From an uncultured Bacteroidota bacterium (GTDB lineage: Bacteria; Bacteroidota; Ignavibacteria; UBA10030; UBA6906): a DNA stretch of 64,000 nucleotides. The stretch is taken from assembly GCA_963700635.1 (NCBI GenBank), contig CAVOYH010000005.1, forward strand, positions 128,001 to 192,000. The letters run 5' to 3'. The translations under genes and the position numbers were made by a program. The stretch's first letter is position 1; each line of letters starts with the position of its first letter. Of this stretch, positions 9,911 through 19,784 are shown in pieces. Below the pieces are notes generated by a model, which saw only the letters and a list, made by a program, of their open reading frames with translations, was not told the DNA's origin and did not search any database.

Positions 9911-10603
9911 GTGACAAAACGCCGTCTGGTAATCGCGATTGATGGCCCCGCCGCATCGGGAAAAACTACGACGGCGAGGCTCGCATCCGAGCGACTGGGA
10001 TATGTGCACATCGATACCGGCGCGATGTACCGAGCTGTTACGTTGAAAGTCCTGCGCGCAGGCCTTTCGCCCGGAAACAGCGAGGGGGTTGCCAGCTTGC
10101 TGGCCACGACACATGTCGGACTGACACGCACTGCGGGCGGGCTCCGTGTGATGCTGGACGGAGAGGATGTGACGGAAGCGATCCGCACGCCTGTTGTCAC
10201 GCGCGCAGTCAGCGCCGTAAGCAGTCAGCGTAAGGTTCGCGATGCAATGGTCCGCGAACAGCGGGCGATGGGCAAAGACGGAGGTATTGTGCTGGAAGGG
10301 CGGGACATCGGTACCGTGGTGTTCCCGGACGCAGATCTCAAGTTCTTTATGGTGGCCGGAATCCGGTCGCGCGCTTTGCGCCGGCACAAGGAACTGGCCG
10401 ATCGCGGCGAAAACATCCCGCCCGATTTCCTGGAACGTGAAATCGCCGAACGGGATGCACATGACGCCTCCCGTGCGGAGTCACCGCTCCGCAGGGCCGA
10501 TGACGCGATCGAGATTGACACATCCGATCTGAGTATCGACGAACAGGTGGAGCTGGTGGTGGAAACAGCGAAGAAGATGATCATGAAGAGAGAGGGCGGA
10601 TGA
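9911..10603 (+). CDS. cmk: cytidylate kinase
   Basis: IAIDGPAASGKTT, DTGAMYRA, EGRDIGTVVFPDA. Confidence 0.96.
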   Translation: MTKRRLVIAIDGPAASGKTTTARLASERLGYVHIDTGAMYRAVTLKVLRAGLSPGNSEGVASLLATTHVGLTRTAGGLRVMLDGEDVTEAIRTPVVTRAVSAVSSQRKVRDAMVREQRAMGKDGGIVLEGRDIGTVVFPDADLKFFMVAGIRSRALRRHKELADRGENIPPDFLEREIAERDAHDASRAESPLRRADDAIEIDTSDLSIDEQVELVVETAKKMIMKREGG

Positions 10604-11505
10604 AAGTCACCATCGACCGTAACGCCGGTTTTTGCTGGGGTGTAGTGCGGACGATCGACGTTGCGCAGGAAGAGCTGGCGTCCGGCCAGGAGCTCTTCTC
10701 TCTGGGACCGATCATTCATAATCCCATGGAGATCGAGCGGCTGAGGACACAGGGTCTCGAAACGGTTTCGCTCGACGATCTTGCTACCGTGCAGGGTAAA
10801 AGGGTTCTGATTCGCGCGCACGGCGAGCCACCCTCGACATACGAGAAGGCACGACGGCTGGGCATCACGTTGATCGATGCGACCTGCCCGGTTGTGACAA
10901 AGGTGCAGGAACGGATCCGCAAGTTCTATGACAGCGGTTATCAGATCGTGATCTTCGGCAAGAAGGATCATGCCGAAGTGATCGGACTTGTCGGGCATAC
11001 GAACGGCGAAGCGGTGGTGGTCAAGTCGGTTGACGAACTGGACAAGGTGAAACAGGGAAGAAAGACGGTGCTGTTTTCCCAGACCACCATGGACAAGCCG
11101 ACATTTTACGAAATCGCCGGCGAGCTGCGCCAGAGAATCGAAGAATTTGAGGTCGGGACTTTTGAAGAGTCCGCAATTGACTTTCATGCGAAGGACACAA
11201 TCTGCGGGCAGGTCTCGGGTCGCGATAAGAAACTGCGGGAGTATGCCGCCGCCAACGATGTGATGATCTTTGTTGCCGGCCGCAACTCGTCCAACGGGAA
11301 GGTCCTTTTTGACATCTGCCGCGAAGCGAACCCCCGGTCGTATCTTATTGAAGAGCCGGGTGAGTTGCAGGCGGATTGGTTTTCGGGTGCACGCACGGTC
11401 GGCATCAGTGGCGCCACCTCAACACCCCAGTGGCTGATGGAACGCGTACAACAGGATATTGAACACTCTAACGTCATCACTAAATCACACACCACCATAC
11501 AATAA
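10600..11505 (+). CDS. ispH: 4-hydroxy-3-methylbut-2-enyl diphosphate reductase
   Basis: GFCWGV, IHNP, RAHG, DATCP, SQTT, DTIC, SSN motifs. Confidence 0.96.
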   Translation: MKVTIDRNAGFCWGVVRTIDVAQEELASGQELFSLGPIIHNPMEIERLRTQGLETVSLDDLATVQGKRVLIRAHGEPPSTYEKARRLGITLIDATCPVVTKVQERIRKFYDSGYQIVIFGKKDHAEVIGLVGHTNGEAVVVKSVDELDKVKQGRKTVLFSQTTMDKPTFYEIAGELRQRIEEFEVGTFEESAIDFHAKDTICGQVSGRDKKLREYAAANDVMIFVAGRNSSNGKVLFDICREANPRSYLIEEPGELQADWFSGARTVGISGATSTPQWLMERVQQDIEHSNVITKSHTTIQ

Positions 11506-11618
11506 ATACTCTTCCTGCCGATGTGTCTCTGCAGGGCCGTACGATGACGGCGGTCCGGGAACCCCGGCAGGAAAATCCCGCAGTGCGCGGGATGGTATGT
11601 CGCACAACAGGAGGATGA
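11506..11618 (+). promoter_or_regulatory. structured 5' leader of rpsA
   Basis: TTCCTGCCG (11512-20) pairs with CGGCAGGAA (11565-73); inner GCCGT/ACGGC hairpin; ATCCCGC/GCGGGAT hairpin (11575-93); GGAGG RBS. Confidence 0.5.
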
Positions 11619-13364
11619 ATGGCTGAGAAGACCACCAGCACGAAGCCATCTTTGGATGACCACGATTACAGCGAGACCCAGTACAACGAAATGCTGAAGT
11701 TGTACGAGGGTACCCTCGGCAAGATTAACGAGGGAGAGATCATCAAGGGACGCGTCGTCAACATCGGGGATAATGAAGTTTCGGTGGATATCGGATTTAA
11801 ATCCGAGGGCGTCGTTCCGCTCGCAGAATTTACACGCCCCGAAGAGCTCAAGGTCGGGGAGGAGATTGAAGTATTCCTCGAGAGCGTCGAGAACAAAGAG
11901 GGGCAACTTGTACTCTCCCGCAAACGTGCTGACTTTATGCGCGTCTGGGAACGGGTCACCAAGGCCTTTGAGACGGGTGAGGTTCTGCAGGGTCGTTGCG
12001 TCAGGCGCATTAAGGGCGGCATCGTTGTCGACCTGATGAGCATCGATGCATTCCTGCCGGGCTCGCAAATTGACGTCCGCCCCGTGCGCGACTTCGATGT
12101 CCACATCGGCAAGACAATGGACTTCCGGGTGGTAAAGATCAACCATCCCTCCGAAAATGTGGTCGTCAGCCACAAGGTGCTGGTCGAAGAAGAAATGGCC
12201 GGCCAGCGCAAGGCGATCATCGAGAGCCTCGAAAAAGGCCAGATCCTCGAAGGATCTGTCAAAGCCATTACAGATTTTGGCGTGTTTGTGGACCTCGGCG
12301 GCGTGGACGGCCTCGTCCATATTACCGACCTCTCATGGGGCCGTATTAATCATCCTTCCGAGATCGTTAAACTCGACCAGACCATCAACGTTGTCGTGCT
12401 CGACTTCGATCAGGAGAAAAAGCGAATATCGCTTGGCTACAAACAGCTGCAACCCCACCCCTGGGAAAATATCGAGAACAAATATCCGGTCGGTACCAAA
12501 GTCACCGGCAAGGTGGTCTCGCTCGCAGACTACGGTGCATTTGTGGAAATCGAAAAAGGCATCGAAGGCCTTATCCATATTTCCGAAATGAGCTGGACCC
12601 AGCACATCAAACACCCCTCACAGGTCGTGTCGATGGGGCAGATGGTGGATGCGGTAATCCTGAGTCTGGACAAGGATGCCAAAAAGCTTTCACTCGGCAT
12701 CAAGCAGCTTGAACCGGATCCATGGCTGACCCTCATGCAGAAATACCCGGTCGGCTCACGCCACACGGGTATCGTGCGCAACCTCACGAATTTCGGCGTC
12801 TTCGTGGAGCTGGAACAGGGTGTGGACGGTCTGGTACACATCTCCGACCTGTCATGGACGAAGAAAGTCCGTCACCCCGGAGAAATTGTGAAGAAAGGCG
12901 ACGAGATCGAAGTCGTCATCCTCGGTGTGGATGTGGACCAGCGGCGTATCTCGCTCGGCCACAAACAGATCGAAGATAATCCCTGGGATCGATTCGGAGA
13001 CAACTACAAGGTTGGTACCGAGGTCGAAGGGAAGGTCGTCCGTATTATCGAGAAGGGCGTTATCGTGGAGTTGCCCCTCGGCGTCGACGGCTTTGTGCCG
13101 ATTTCGCAGCTCGGGATGGGACAGGTCAAGAATATCTCCGACAAATTCAAGATCGGCGACCCGCTCCCCCTGAAGGTGGTGGAATTTGACAAGGACTCCA
13201 AGAAGATCGTCCTTTCAGCCGCCGAATTCCTGAAGGGTAAGGAAGGCAAGGTTGTGCAGGATTATATGGACGCGCACAAGCTGCCGACACACACGGTTGC
13301 CGATCTGGCAACCATCACGGGACAGACACCCTCGGGTGATACGTCGATTCCGAAGGAAAACTGA
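11619..13364 (+). CDS. rpsA: 30S ribosomal protein S1
   Basis: Six S1 repeats (FGVFVDLGGVDGLVHITDLSW etc.); cmk-ispH-rpsA context. Confidence 0.98.
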   Translation: MAEKTTSTKPSLDDHDYSETQYNEMLKLYEGTLGKINEGEIIKGRVVNIGDNEVSVDIGFKSEGVVPLAEFTRPEELKVGEEIEVFLESVENKEGQLVLSRKRADFMRVWERVTKAFETGEVLQGRCVRRIKGGIVVDLMSIDAFLPGSQIDVRPVRDFDVHIGKTMDFRVVKINHPSENVVVSHKVLVEEEMAGQRKAIIESLEKGQILEGSVKAITDFGVFVDLGGVDGLVHITDLSWGRINHPSEIVKLDQTINVVVLDFDQEKKRISLGYKQLQPHPWENIENKYPVGTKVTGKVVSLADYGAFVEIEKGIEGLIHISEMSWTQHIKHPSQVVSMGQMVDAVILSLDKDAKKLSLGIKQLEPDPWLTLMQKYPVGSRHTGIVRNLTNFGVFVELEQGVDGLVHISDLSWTKKVRHPGEIVKKGDEIEVVILGVDVDQRRISLGHKQIEDNPWDRFGDNYKVGTEVEGKVVRIIEKGVIVELPLGVDGFVPISQLGMGQVKNISDKFKIGDPLPLKVVEFDKDSKKIVLSAAEFLKGKEGKVVQDYMDAHKLPTHTVADLATITGQTPSGDTSIPKEN

Positions 13365-13384
13365 TTCCCGTTGTATCATTCTAC

Positions 13385-13422
13385 AAGGGGTTGACGGCAG
13401 AGTACGGCTGTCAACCCCTTTG
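13385..13422 (+). terminator. intrinsic terminator after rpsA
   Basis: AAGGGGTTGAC...GTCAACCCCTT stem followed by an AT-rich tail. Confidence 0.75.
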
Positions 13423-13435
13423 ATATTATTCTGCT

Positions 13436-14830
13436 ATGCCACGTGTCGCACTCCATACGCTCGGCTGCAAGCTCAACTTCGCCGAAACGTCCACGCTCGG
13501 CGGTCAGTTCCTCGACCGCGGCTATGAGGTGGTCCCGTTCAGCGAACCGGCGGAGATCTATCTCCTCAATACCTGCAGCGTTACCGAACGGGCAGATCGT
13601 GAATGCCGGCAACTTGTCCGCCGGGCCTTACGCCGTTCGCCCGGCGCCCTGGTCGTTGTGACGGGGTGTTACGCCCAGCTTGCCCCCGAGGAAATTGCAT
13701 CCATCGAAGGGGTTGACTTCGTTCTCGGAACGAAAGAAAAATCCTCCCTCTTTGAGTATCTCGGCGGACTGGATAAACAAACCACTCCGCAGGTGTGTGT
13801 CTCGGATGTGGGGGACGCTGTGAGCTTCGGGCCGGCCATGTCCGGTCCCGCCACGGATCGCACCCGGGCTTTCCTGAAAATCCAGGATGGGTGCGACTAT
13901 CAGTGTACCTTCTGTACCATCCCGCTTGCCCGCGGGGTGAGCCGCAGCCAGTCCGTGGATCTCTGCGTCCAGCAGGCAGAGGGGCTCGTGTCTCAAGGCT
14001 ACAAAGAAGTGGTGCTCACCGGAGTAAATGTGGGTGACTACGGAAGGAAGATTGACTCGGACCTGCTCTCCCTTCTGCAGAAACTTGTTGTCATCGATGG
14101 ACTCCAGCGCATCCGGATAAGCTCCATCGAGCCGAACCTCCTTACAGGGGAACTTCTTGCCTTTGTTGCCGGCCACGAAACCATCTGCCGTCATTTCCAC
14201 ATTCCGTTGCAAAGCGGCAGCGATGCCGTTCTCCGGCGGATGCGGCGGCGGTATACATCCGGGATGTACGGTGATCTCGTCAGGAAGGTCAGACAGATGT
14301 TCCCGCTGGCCGGCATCGGCGCGGATGTGATTACCGGATTTCCGGGAGAATCGGAGTCAGAGTTCGAAGAGACCCACCGCCTTCTTGCGGATCTTCCGGT
14401 TTCGTATCTTCATGTGTTCACGTATTCCGAACGTCCCAACACTCCGGCGGCGGCGGATGGAAGTCCTGTTCCCCCGGGCGTACGCGCGCGGCGCACGGAA
14501 CAACTCCGGATACTCGGCCAGAGGAAAAGAACCCTGTTTGCCGAACAGCACATCGGGCAAACGGTGACCGTGCTGACCGAAAGCACGGTGGCCGACGGCA
14601 GACGGTTCGGGTTTACCGGTTCGTTTGTCCGGGTCGGAGTGCCCGCTCATGCTGTGCAAGAGAATACCATGGTGAAGGTGACGATAACCGGCGTTGCAGA
14701 CGACTATTGTGTGGGTGACGTACCCGGCTGCGAAGTGGAGAGCACATCCCCGCCCGGTGGCGGTCCAGCAGGGAGCACGAGGATGGGGCAGAACCAGGAC
14801 GACTCGATGGTGCATGAGGAGGGACGATGA
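13436..14830 (+). CDS. mtaB: tRNA t6A37 methylthiotransferase MtaB
   Basis: HTLGCKLNFAET, NTCSVT, TGCYAQ, KIQDGCDYQCTFC radical SAM motif, C-terminal TRAM domain. Confidence 0.92.
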   Translation: MPRVALHTLGCKLNFAETSTLGGQFLDRGYEVVPFSEPAEIYLLNTCSVTERADRECRQLVRRALRRSPGALVVVTGCYAQLAPEEIASIEGVDFVLGTKEKSSLFEYLGGLDKQTTPQVCVSDVGDAVSFGPAMSGPATDRTRAFLKIQDGCDYQCTFCTIPLARGVSRSQSVDLCVQQAEGLVSQGYKEVVLTGVNVGDYGRKIDSDLLSLLQKLVVIDGLQRIRISSIEPNLLTGELLAFVAGHETICRHFHIPLQSGSDAVLRRMRRRYTSGMYGDLVRKVRQMFPLAGIGADVITGFPGESESEFEETHRLLADLPVSYLHVFTYSERPNTPAAADGSPVPPGVRARRTEQLRILGQRKRTLFAEQHIGQTVTVLTESTVADGRRFGFTGSFVRVGVPAHAVQENTMVKVTITGVADDYCVGDVPGCEVESTSPPGGGPAGSTRMGQNQDDSMVHEEGR

Positions 14831-16152
14831 AGATTGTTGGAGTGGGAGAGGGGAGTATTGCACATCAGGCCGGTCTGCTGCCCGGGGACGAACTGCTCGA
14901 ACTAAACGGTCAGCGGGTACAGGACAATCTGGATGTGCGCTTTCACGAGGGTGACGCCCGGGTCTCTCTGAAAATTGCCCGCGCGGGGGAGGTTCTGCTA
15001 TTTGACATCGACAAAGACGATGGCGAAGCTCTCGGGCTGGAAATGGAAGAGATGAAGGTCCTCTCGTGCGGGAATGATTGTATTTTCTGCTTTGTGGATC
15101 AGAATCCAAAAGGGCTGCGGAACCAGCTTTATTTCCGCGACGGTGACTATCGCCTGTCGTTTATGTATGGCAACTACACAACCATGACCAACGCCGGTCC
15201 GGCGATTCTGAGGCGGATTATTGAGCAACGTCTCTCCCCGCAGTACATCTCCGTCCATGCAACCGACCTCCCCACACGCATCAAGCTCATGGGGCTGAAA
15301 AAGGATGACCGGATTCTTGAAAAGATCAAGCTCCTGCACGACAACGATATCGACATGCACACGCAGATTGTGTTGTGTCCGGGAATGAACGATGGCGCAG
15401 TGCTGGACCGCACGGTGCACGATCTCTATGCGTACAACCGGCAGGTAGTTTCATTGGCCGTCGTGCCGGTCGGACTCACCGATCACCGGTTCACACTCGC
15501 GCAGATGAAGCGGGTGGACCGTCCGTATGCGCAGGAATTGCTTGACAGGGTGGAGAAATGGCAGGAGCGATTCCGCCGGGAATGCGGAAGGGGATTTGTG
15601 TATGCCTCGGACGAATTTTATCTGGTGGCCGGCCGTCCGATCCCACGGCCTGCGGACTATGACGGGTATCCCCAGATTGAAAACGGCGTCGGGATGGTGC
15701 AGACCTTCCTGACCCGGTTCCGCAGCCAGGCCAGGCGATTTCCAGCGTCCATTCCCCGGCGCCGCACGCTTACGATTGTCACGGGAAAACTGGCTGAAGG
15801 ATTTATGCGCAGTGAAGTGTTGCCCCGGCTGGCGGCGATACGCAATCTTCATGTGCAGCTGGTCGCCGCACCCAACACGCTCTTCGGGCGAAGTGTCACG
15901 GTATCTGGACTTCTCTCGGGGAAATGCGTATATTCAGCCATGCGGAAGAAGACTCCGGGAGATCTGGTGTTACTTCCTCCCGACATCCTGAATGCGGATG
16001 GAATGTTTCTGGATGACATGACCATCCCGCAGCTGGAAGAATCTCTCCGCACCCCTGTTGCCGTGTTTAGCGGACGATGGGGGGCGGTTGTGCGATCTCT
16101 TACCCGTCACAAAAGGAGTACACGCCTCCGGGCTTTGGTACGCGTTTCATAA
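14827..16152 (+). CDS. DUF512 family Fe-S/radical SAM-like protein with N-terminal PDZ domain
   Basis: CGNDCIFCFVDQ, DYRLSF, ISVHAT, QIVLCPG.NDG, YPQIENGVG, VTVSGLL. Confidence 0.88.
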   Translation: MKIVGVGEGSIAHQAGLLPGDELLELNGQRVQDNLDVRFHEGDARVSLKIARAGEVLLFDIDKDDGEALGLEMEEMKVLSCGNDCIFCFVDQNPKGLRNQLYFRDGDYRLSFMYGNYTTMTNAGPAILRRIIEQRLSPQYISVHATDLPTRIKLMGLKKDDRILEKIKLLHDNDIDMHTQIVLCPGMNDGAVLDRTVHDLYAYNRQVVSLAVVPVGLTDHRFTLAQMKRVDRPYAQELLDRVEKWQERFRRECGRGFVYASDEFYLVAGRPIPRPADYDGYPQIENGVGMVQTFLTRFRSQARRFPASIPRRRTLTIVTGKLAEGFMRSEVLPRLAAIRNLHVQLVAAPNTLFGRSVTVSGLLSGKCVYSAMRKKTPGDLVLLPPDILNADGMFLDDMTIPQLEESLRTPVAVFSGRWGAVVRSLTRHKRSTRLRALVRVS

Positions 16153-16168
16153 TCAAAGGAGCCTGAAG

Positions 16169-16921
16169 ATGTCACGATTCTGGTGGGCGTGTGCAGTCCT
16201 GCTGAGTGTTGCTACACCCCTTCACGCGCAAGAACCACAACACCTCACGCGGTATGAGGCAGGTCTCGACCTGCTGACAGCCATGCCTGTCTCCGCCCCG
16301 CCGTCTTTGCTGCAAGGGGAAAGCATTCCGGCGAAAAAATCTGTCGGCCTCGCTGCTCTGTACTCACTTCTCATTCCCGGAATGGGAGAGTGGTATGCCG
16401 AGGGATTTTCTTCCGGGAAATACTTCCTGATTGCCGAAGGCGTGTTATGGCTCGGCTATGCCGCGGTGGAGATTCACGGAAACGATCTGCGGGATGGTGC
16501 GCGGGCGTACGCCGCTGCACATGCGGGAGTGGATGCTGCAGGGAAAAATGACGACTTCTTCGTCAACGTCGGCAACTTTACGTCAGTGGCGGACTATAAC
16601 GACAAACGTCTGCGTGATCGGGAACCCGAAAAGTTGTACGATCCTCTGGCCGGATACAGCTGGCGGTGGGAGAACGATGCAGCGCGTCTGATCTACCGTG
16701 AACAAAGGATCAGCAGCGAGAACATGTACAACAACCGCAAGTTTGTGGGCGCGGCGATTCTGATCAATCATCTTGTCAGCGCCATCAATGCGGCCCGGTC
16801 AGCGATAGCATACAACAATGCACAGGCAGAGGCGCTCGGAGATCTGCATCTCTCCACCCGTATCCTGGGCGGGATGGAACAACCGCACGGGGTTCTGGTT
16901 ACGGTTGCCCGGTCGTTCTAA
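16169..16921 (+). CDS. exported/membrane hypothetical protein (DUF5683-like)
   Basis: AAAGGAG RBS before ATG 16169, signal peptide, SLLIPGMGEWY motif, C-terminal Phe. Confidence 0.65.
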   Translation: MSRFWWACAVLLSVATPLHAQEPQHLTRYEAGLDLLTAMPVSAPPSLLQGESIPAKKSVGLAALYSLLIPGMGEWYAEGFSSGKYFLIAEGVLWLGYAAVEIHGNDLRDGARAYAAAHAGVDAAGKNDDFFVNVGNFTSVADYNDKRLRDREPEKLYDPLAGYSWRWENDAARLIYREQRISSENMYNNRKFVGAAILINHLVSAINAARSAIAYNNAQAEALGDLHLSTRILGGMEQPHGVLVTVARSF

Positions 16922-16944
16922 GCGTATCAGAAGCAAAAGACGCC

Positions 16945-17673
16945 GTGCGAACACTCAAGCTCACCCTGGAATACGATGGTACTGACTTTGTCGGATGGCA
17001 GAGCCAGGTAAACGGCCGCGCAGTGCAGGATGAAATTGAGAAAGCACTCCGACAGATTCTCAGCGAAGAAATCCGGATCGCAGGTGCCGGGCGGACGGAT
17101 TCCGGGGTGCATGCCAGGGGCCAGGTTGCAAGTCTTAAAACTTCGTCTCCCATCACATCTGCCAAACTTCTTTCCGCGTTAAACGGGGTCCTGCCCGAAG
17201 ACATCTGCACGCATGCTGTCGAAGAGGTTCCTGACTCATTTCATGCCCGTTTTGATGCGACCGGACGGGAATACAGCTATACCATTCTGTTTCACCCTGC
17301 AGTTCTTCCACGGAGGTACTCCTGGTACACAAAGTATCCGCTCACGCCGTCCCTTCTTCATGCGGTTGCTCCACAGATCCTCGGGAAACATGACTTCAGC
17401 TCCTTTTGCAAGCATGAATCCGAAGTAGAAAACAGGATTTGTACCGTCTCGCAGTCGGTGTGGCAGGAAATACCCGGCGGTGTTGTGTACCACGTTGTTG
17501 CTGATCGGTTTGTGCACGGGATGGTTCGATCGCTTGTGGGGACGATGGTTGACATTGCGCGGGGACACTTTGCGCCTGACGTGATGCAGGGGATTTTCAG
17601 GGCGCAGGAAAGGAGCAAGGCGGGCACCGCTGCGCCTGCGAAAGGACTTGTGCTGGAGAGAGTCGAGTACTGA
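16945..17673 (+). CDS. truA: tRNA pseudouridine(38-40) synthase
   Basis: EYDGTDFVGWQ, GAGRTDSGVHA, FHARF, GMVRSLVG, APAKGLVL. Confidence 0.96.
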   Translation: MRTLKLTLEYDGTDFVGWQSQVNGRAVQDEIEKALRQILSEEIRIAGAGRTDSGVHARGQVASLKTSSPITSAKLLSALNGVLPEDICTHAVEEVPDSFHARFDATGREYSYTILFHPAVLPRRYSWYTKYPLTPSLLHAVAPQILGKHDFSSFCKHESEVENRICTVSQSVWQEIPGGVVYHVVADRFVHGMVRSLVGTMVDIARGHFAPDVMQGIFRAQERSKAGTAAPAKGLVLERVEY

Positions 17674-17793
17674 GCAGAATACACCCGGTAGACTACGGTG
17701 GCGTGACCTGCCCCTCGGAATTCCATCCCCTCATGTGTAGTTCTGGTATCGAGCCACTGGCTCTCGAACACCCGGAACTGTACGCATACACAC

Positions 17794-19329
17794 TTGCCCT
17801 CAAAGGTCCTCAGCAGCGCCACCTATGGCGTCACGGCCTTTCTCGTAGAGGTTGAGACCCATCTTGAAAAAGGCCTCCCCGGCTTCTCCATCGTCGGTCT
17901 TCCGGACAATGCCATCCGGGAAAGCCGCGAACGGATTGCCGCCGCCATCCGGAACTGCGGATTCGAATTCCCCCTGCGAAAAATAACCATGAACCTCGCT
18001 CCGGCCGACATCAAAAAGGAGGGTTCCTCCTTTGACCTCCCCATGGCTGTGGGCATCCTGGCGGCCACAGGGCAGGTCAACAATGAGGTACTCCCGGACT
18101 ATCTCCTCGTGGGGGAGCTGGCGCTGGACGGAGCATTAAGACCGGTGCACGGCGTGCTCCCGATGGCCCTTGAAGCAAGAACCCGGAGCATAAAGGGTAT
18201 GCTCCTGCCCAAAGAGAATGGCAAGGAAGCATCAATGGTGTCTGGACTGTCGGTTTTCCCTGTTTCTTCGCTCAAGGAGGCCGTTGAATTCCTGGATTCG
18301 GATCACGAGAGGCTTCTACCCGTAGTTCTTGACAGGGAAGAACTCTTCCGTCAGGATCACCGGTATCTGGCGGACTTTGCGGATGTCAAGGGGCAGGAAA
18401 ATGTCAAGCGTGCGCTTGAGGTGGGGGCTGCAGGAGCCCATAATATCATCATGATAGGGCCTCCTGGCTCAGGTAAAACGATGCTTGCCAAACGGCTTCC
18501 CGGCATATTGCCTCCTCTTTCTTTTGATGAAGCTCTGGAGACGACCAAAGTTCATTCTGTGGCGGGCCTGCTCCCACCCGACACGGCTGTCGTGTCAATC
18601 CGTCCTTTCCGCTCACCCCACCATACGATTTCGGACGCGGCGCTTGTGGGTGGTGGCTCCGTGCCACGCCCCGGTGAGATCTCCCTGTGCCACAATGGTG
18701 TTCTGTTTCTTGACGAGCTCCCGGAGTTCGCCCGGAACGTGCTTGAGGTGCTCCGGCAGCCTCTCGAAGACGGGTGTGTAACCATCAGCAGGTCCAAGCT
18801 GACCGTGACCTACCCCGCAAACTTTATGCTGGTTTGTGCGATGAACCCCTGTCCGTGCGGCCATTTCACCGATCCTCAGAAGGAGTGCACCTGTCAGCCC
18901 GCGGAGGTGCAGAGGTACATGACTCGTATCTCAGGCCCTTTGCTCGACCGGATTGATTTGCACATCGAAGTTCCCGCCGTGAAATATCGTGAGCTTGCCA
19001 GCAAAGAGCATGGGGAATGCTCGGCTGAAATCAGGGCGCGCGTGACCGCTGCCCGCGCCCGACAGACCGCCAGGTTCAGAGCCCGGAAGGGTCTCTATGC
19101 CAATGCCGATATGCAATCCAGCCAGATACGGGAATTCTGCGGGATCAATGGCACCGGAGAAGAGTTGTTGAAAATGGCCATTACAAAACTAGGGCTTTCC
19201 GCGCGGGCATACGATCGAATTCTCAAAGTGTCGCGTACGATTGCCGATCTGGCTCAGTCGGAGGGGATCAAGCCAGAACACGTTGCCGAGGCGATACAGT
19301 ACCGGTCGCTGGATCGGACTTTGCTGTGA
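17794..19329 (+). CDS. comM: YifB/ComM family Mg-chelatase-like AAA+ ATPase
   Basis: [52 protein letters not shown]; intact reading frame. Confidence 0.93.
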   Translation: MPSKVLSSATYGVTAFLVEVETHLEKGLPGFSIVGLPDNAIRESRERIAAAIRNCGFEFPLRKITMNLAPADIKKEGSSFDLPMAVGILAATGQVNNEVLPDYLLVGELALDGALRPVHGVLPMALEARTRSIKGMLLPKENGKEASMVSGLSVFPVSSLKEAVEFLDSDHERLLPVVLDREELFRQDHRYLADFADVKGQENVKRALEVGAAGAHNIIMIGPPGSGKTMLAKRLPGILPPLSFDEALETTKVHSVAGLLPPDTAVVSIRPFRSPHHTISDAALVGGGSVPRPGEISLCHNGVLFLDELPEFARNVLEVLRQPLEDGCVTISRSKLTVTYPANFMLVCAMNPCPCGHFTDPQKECTCQPAEVQRYMTRISGPLLDRIDLHIEVPAVKYRELASKEHGECSAEIRARVTAARARQTARFRARKGLYANADMQSSQIREFCGINGTGEELLKMAITKLGLSARAYDRILKVSRTIADLAQSEGIKPEHVAEAIQYRSLDRTLL

Positions 19330-19454
19330 AGAGGTCGCAGCCCCTTGACTGATAACGCCTGTTGATTCCCTGTTCGGCCACTGTGCGGCAACTGCCCCCG
19401 ATGTGTGGACGTGTTTCGCCTACCTCGTGCGAGAGAACCGAACACGCTCAAGTG

Positions 19455-19491
19455 TGTCTCTGCGCGCCCTGTCTCTGCGCGCGGTCTCTGC
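19455..19491. repeat. short direct repeat TGTCTCTGCGCGC x2 plus a partial copy
   Basis: Copies at 19455-67 and 19470-82, partial at 19484-91. Confidence 0.55.
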
Positions 19492-19784
19492 ATGTATGTG
19501 TTTTCTTCTTGATAAACTCGAACTCAGCCCGTATATTGCTGCCAACTTTCCGGGGGGAGAGCAAATGCGAACTAGATCCGAAGCCTCACTGGTCCGAATG
19601 GATGGTGGGGCTTCTTTCGTTTTGTTCGGAGCATTCCCTTTCTCCGTTTCGTGAGAGTGGAGTCTCCGTGCTCTGCGACATCTGACACCATGGAAGATGA
19701 TGCCGCCATCTTCTTGATTCCGTACTCAATGTTTGTCTTATCGTCTCAGGGGATGAGAAGAGGCATAGAGAACTGGATAAGGCT

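Noticed and set aside
17794-19329. comM interrupted by an integrative element
   Set aside because: The reading frame is full length, and no duplicated comM end or recombinase was seen.
19362-19685. Small ORFs after comM
   Set aside because: No motifs, atypical composition, overlapping frames and a repeat.
19721-19746. Fifth ECF promoter upstream of the YCF48 gene
   Set aside because: TCGTCT is present but the -35 position reads CGTACT, not GCAAGG.
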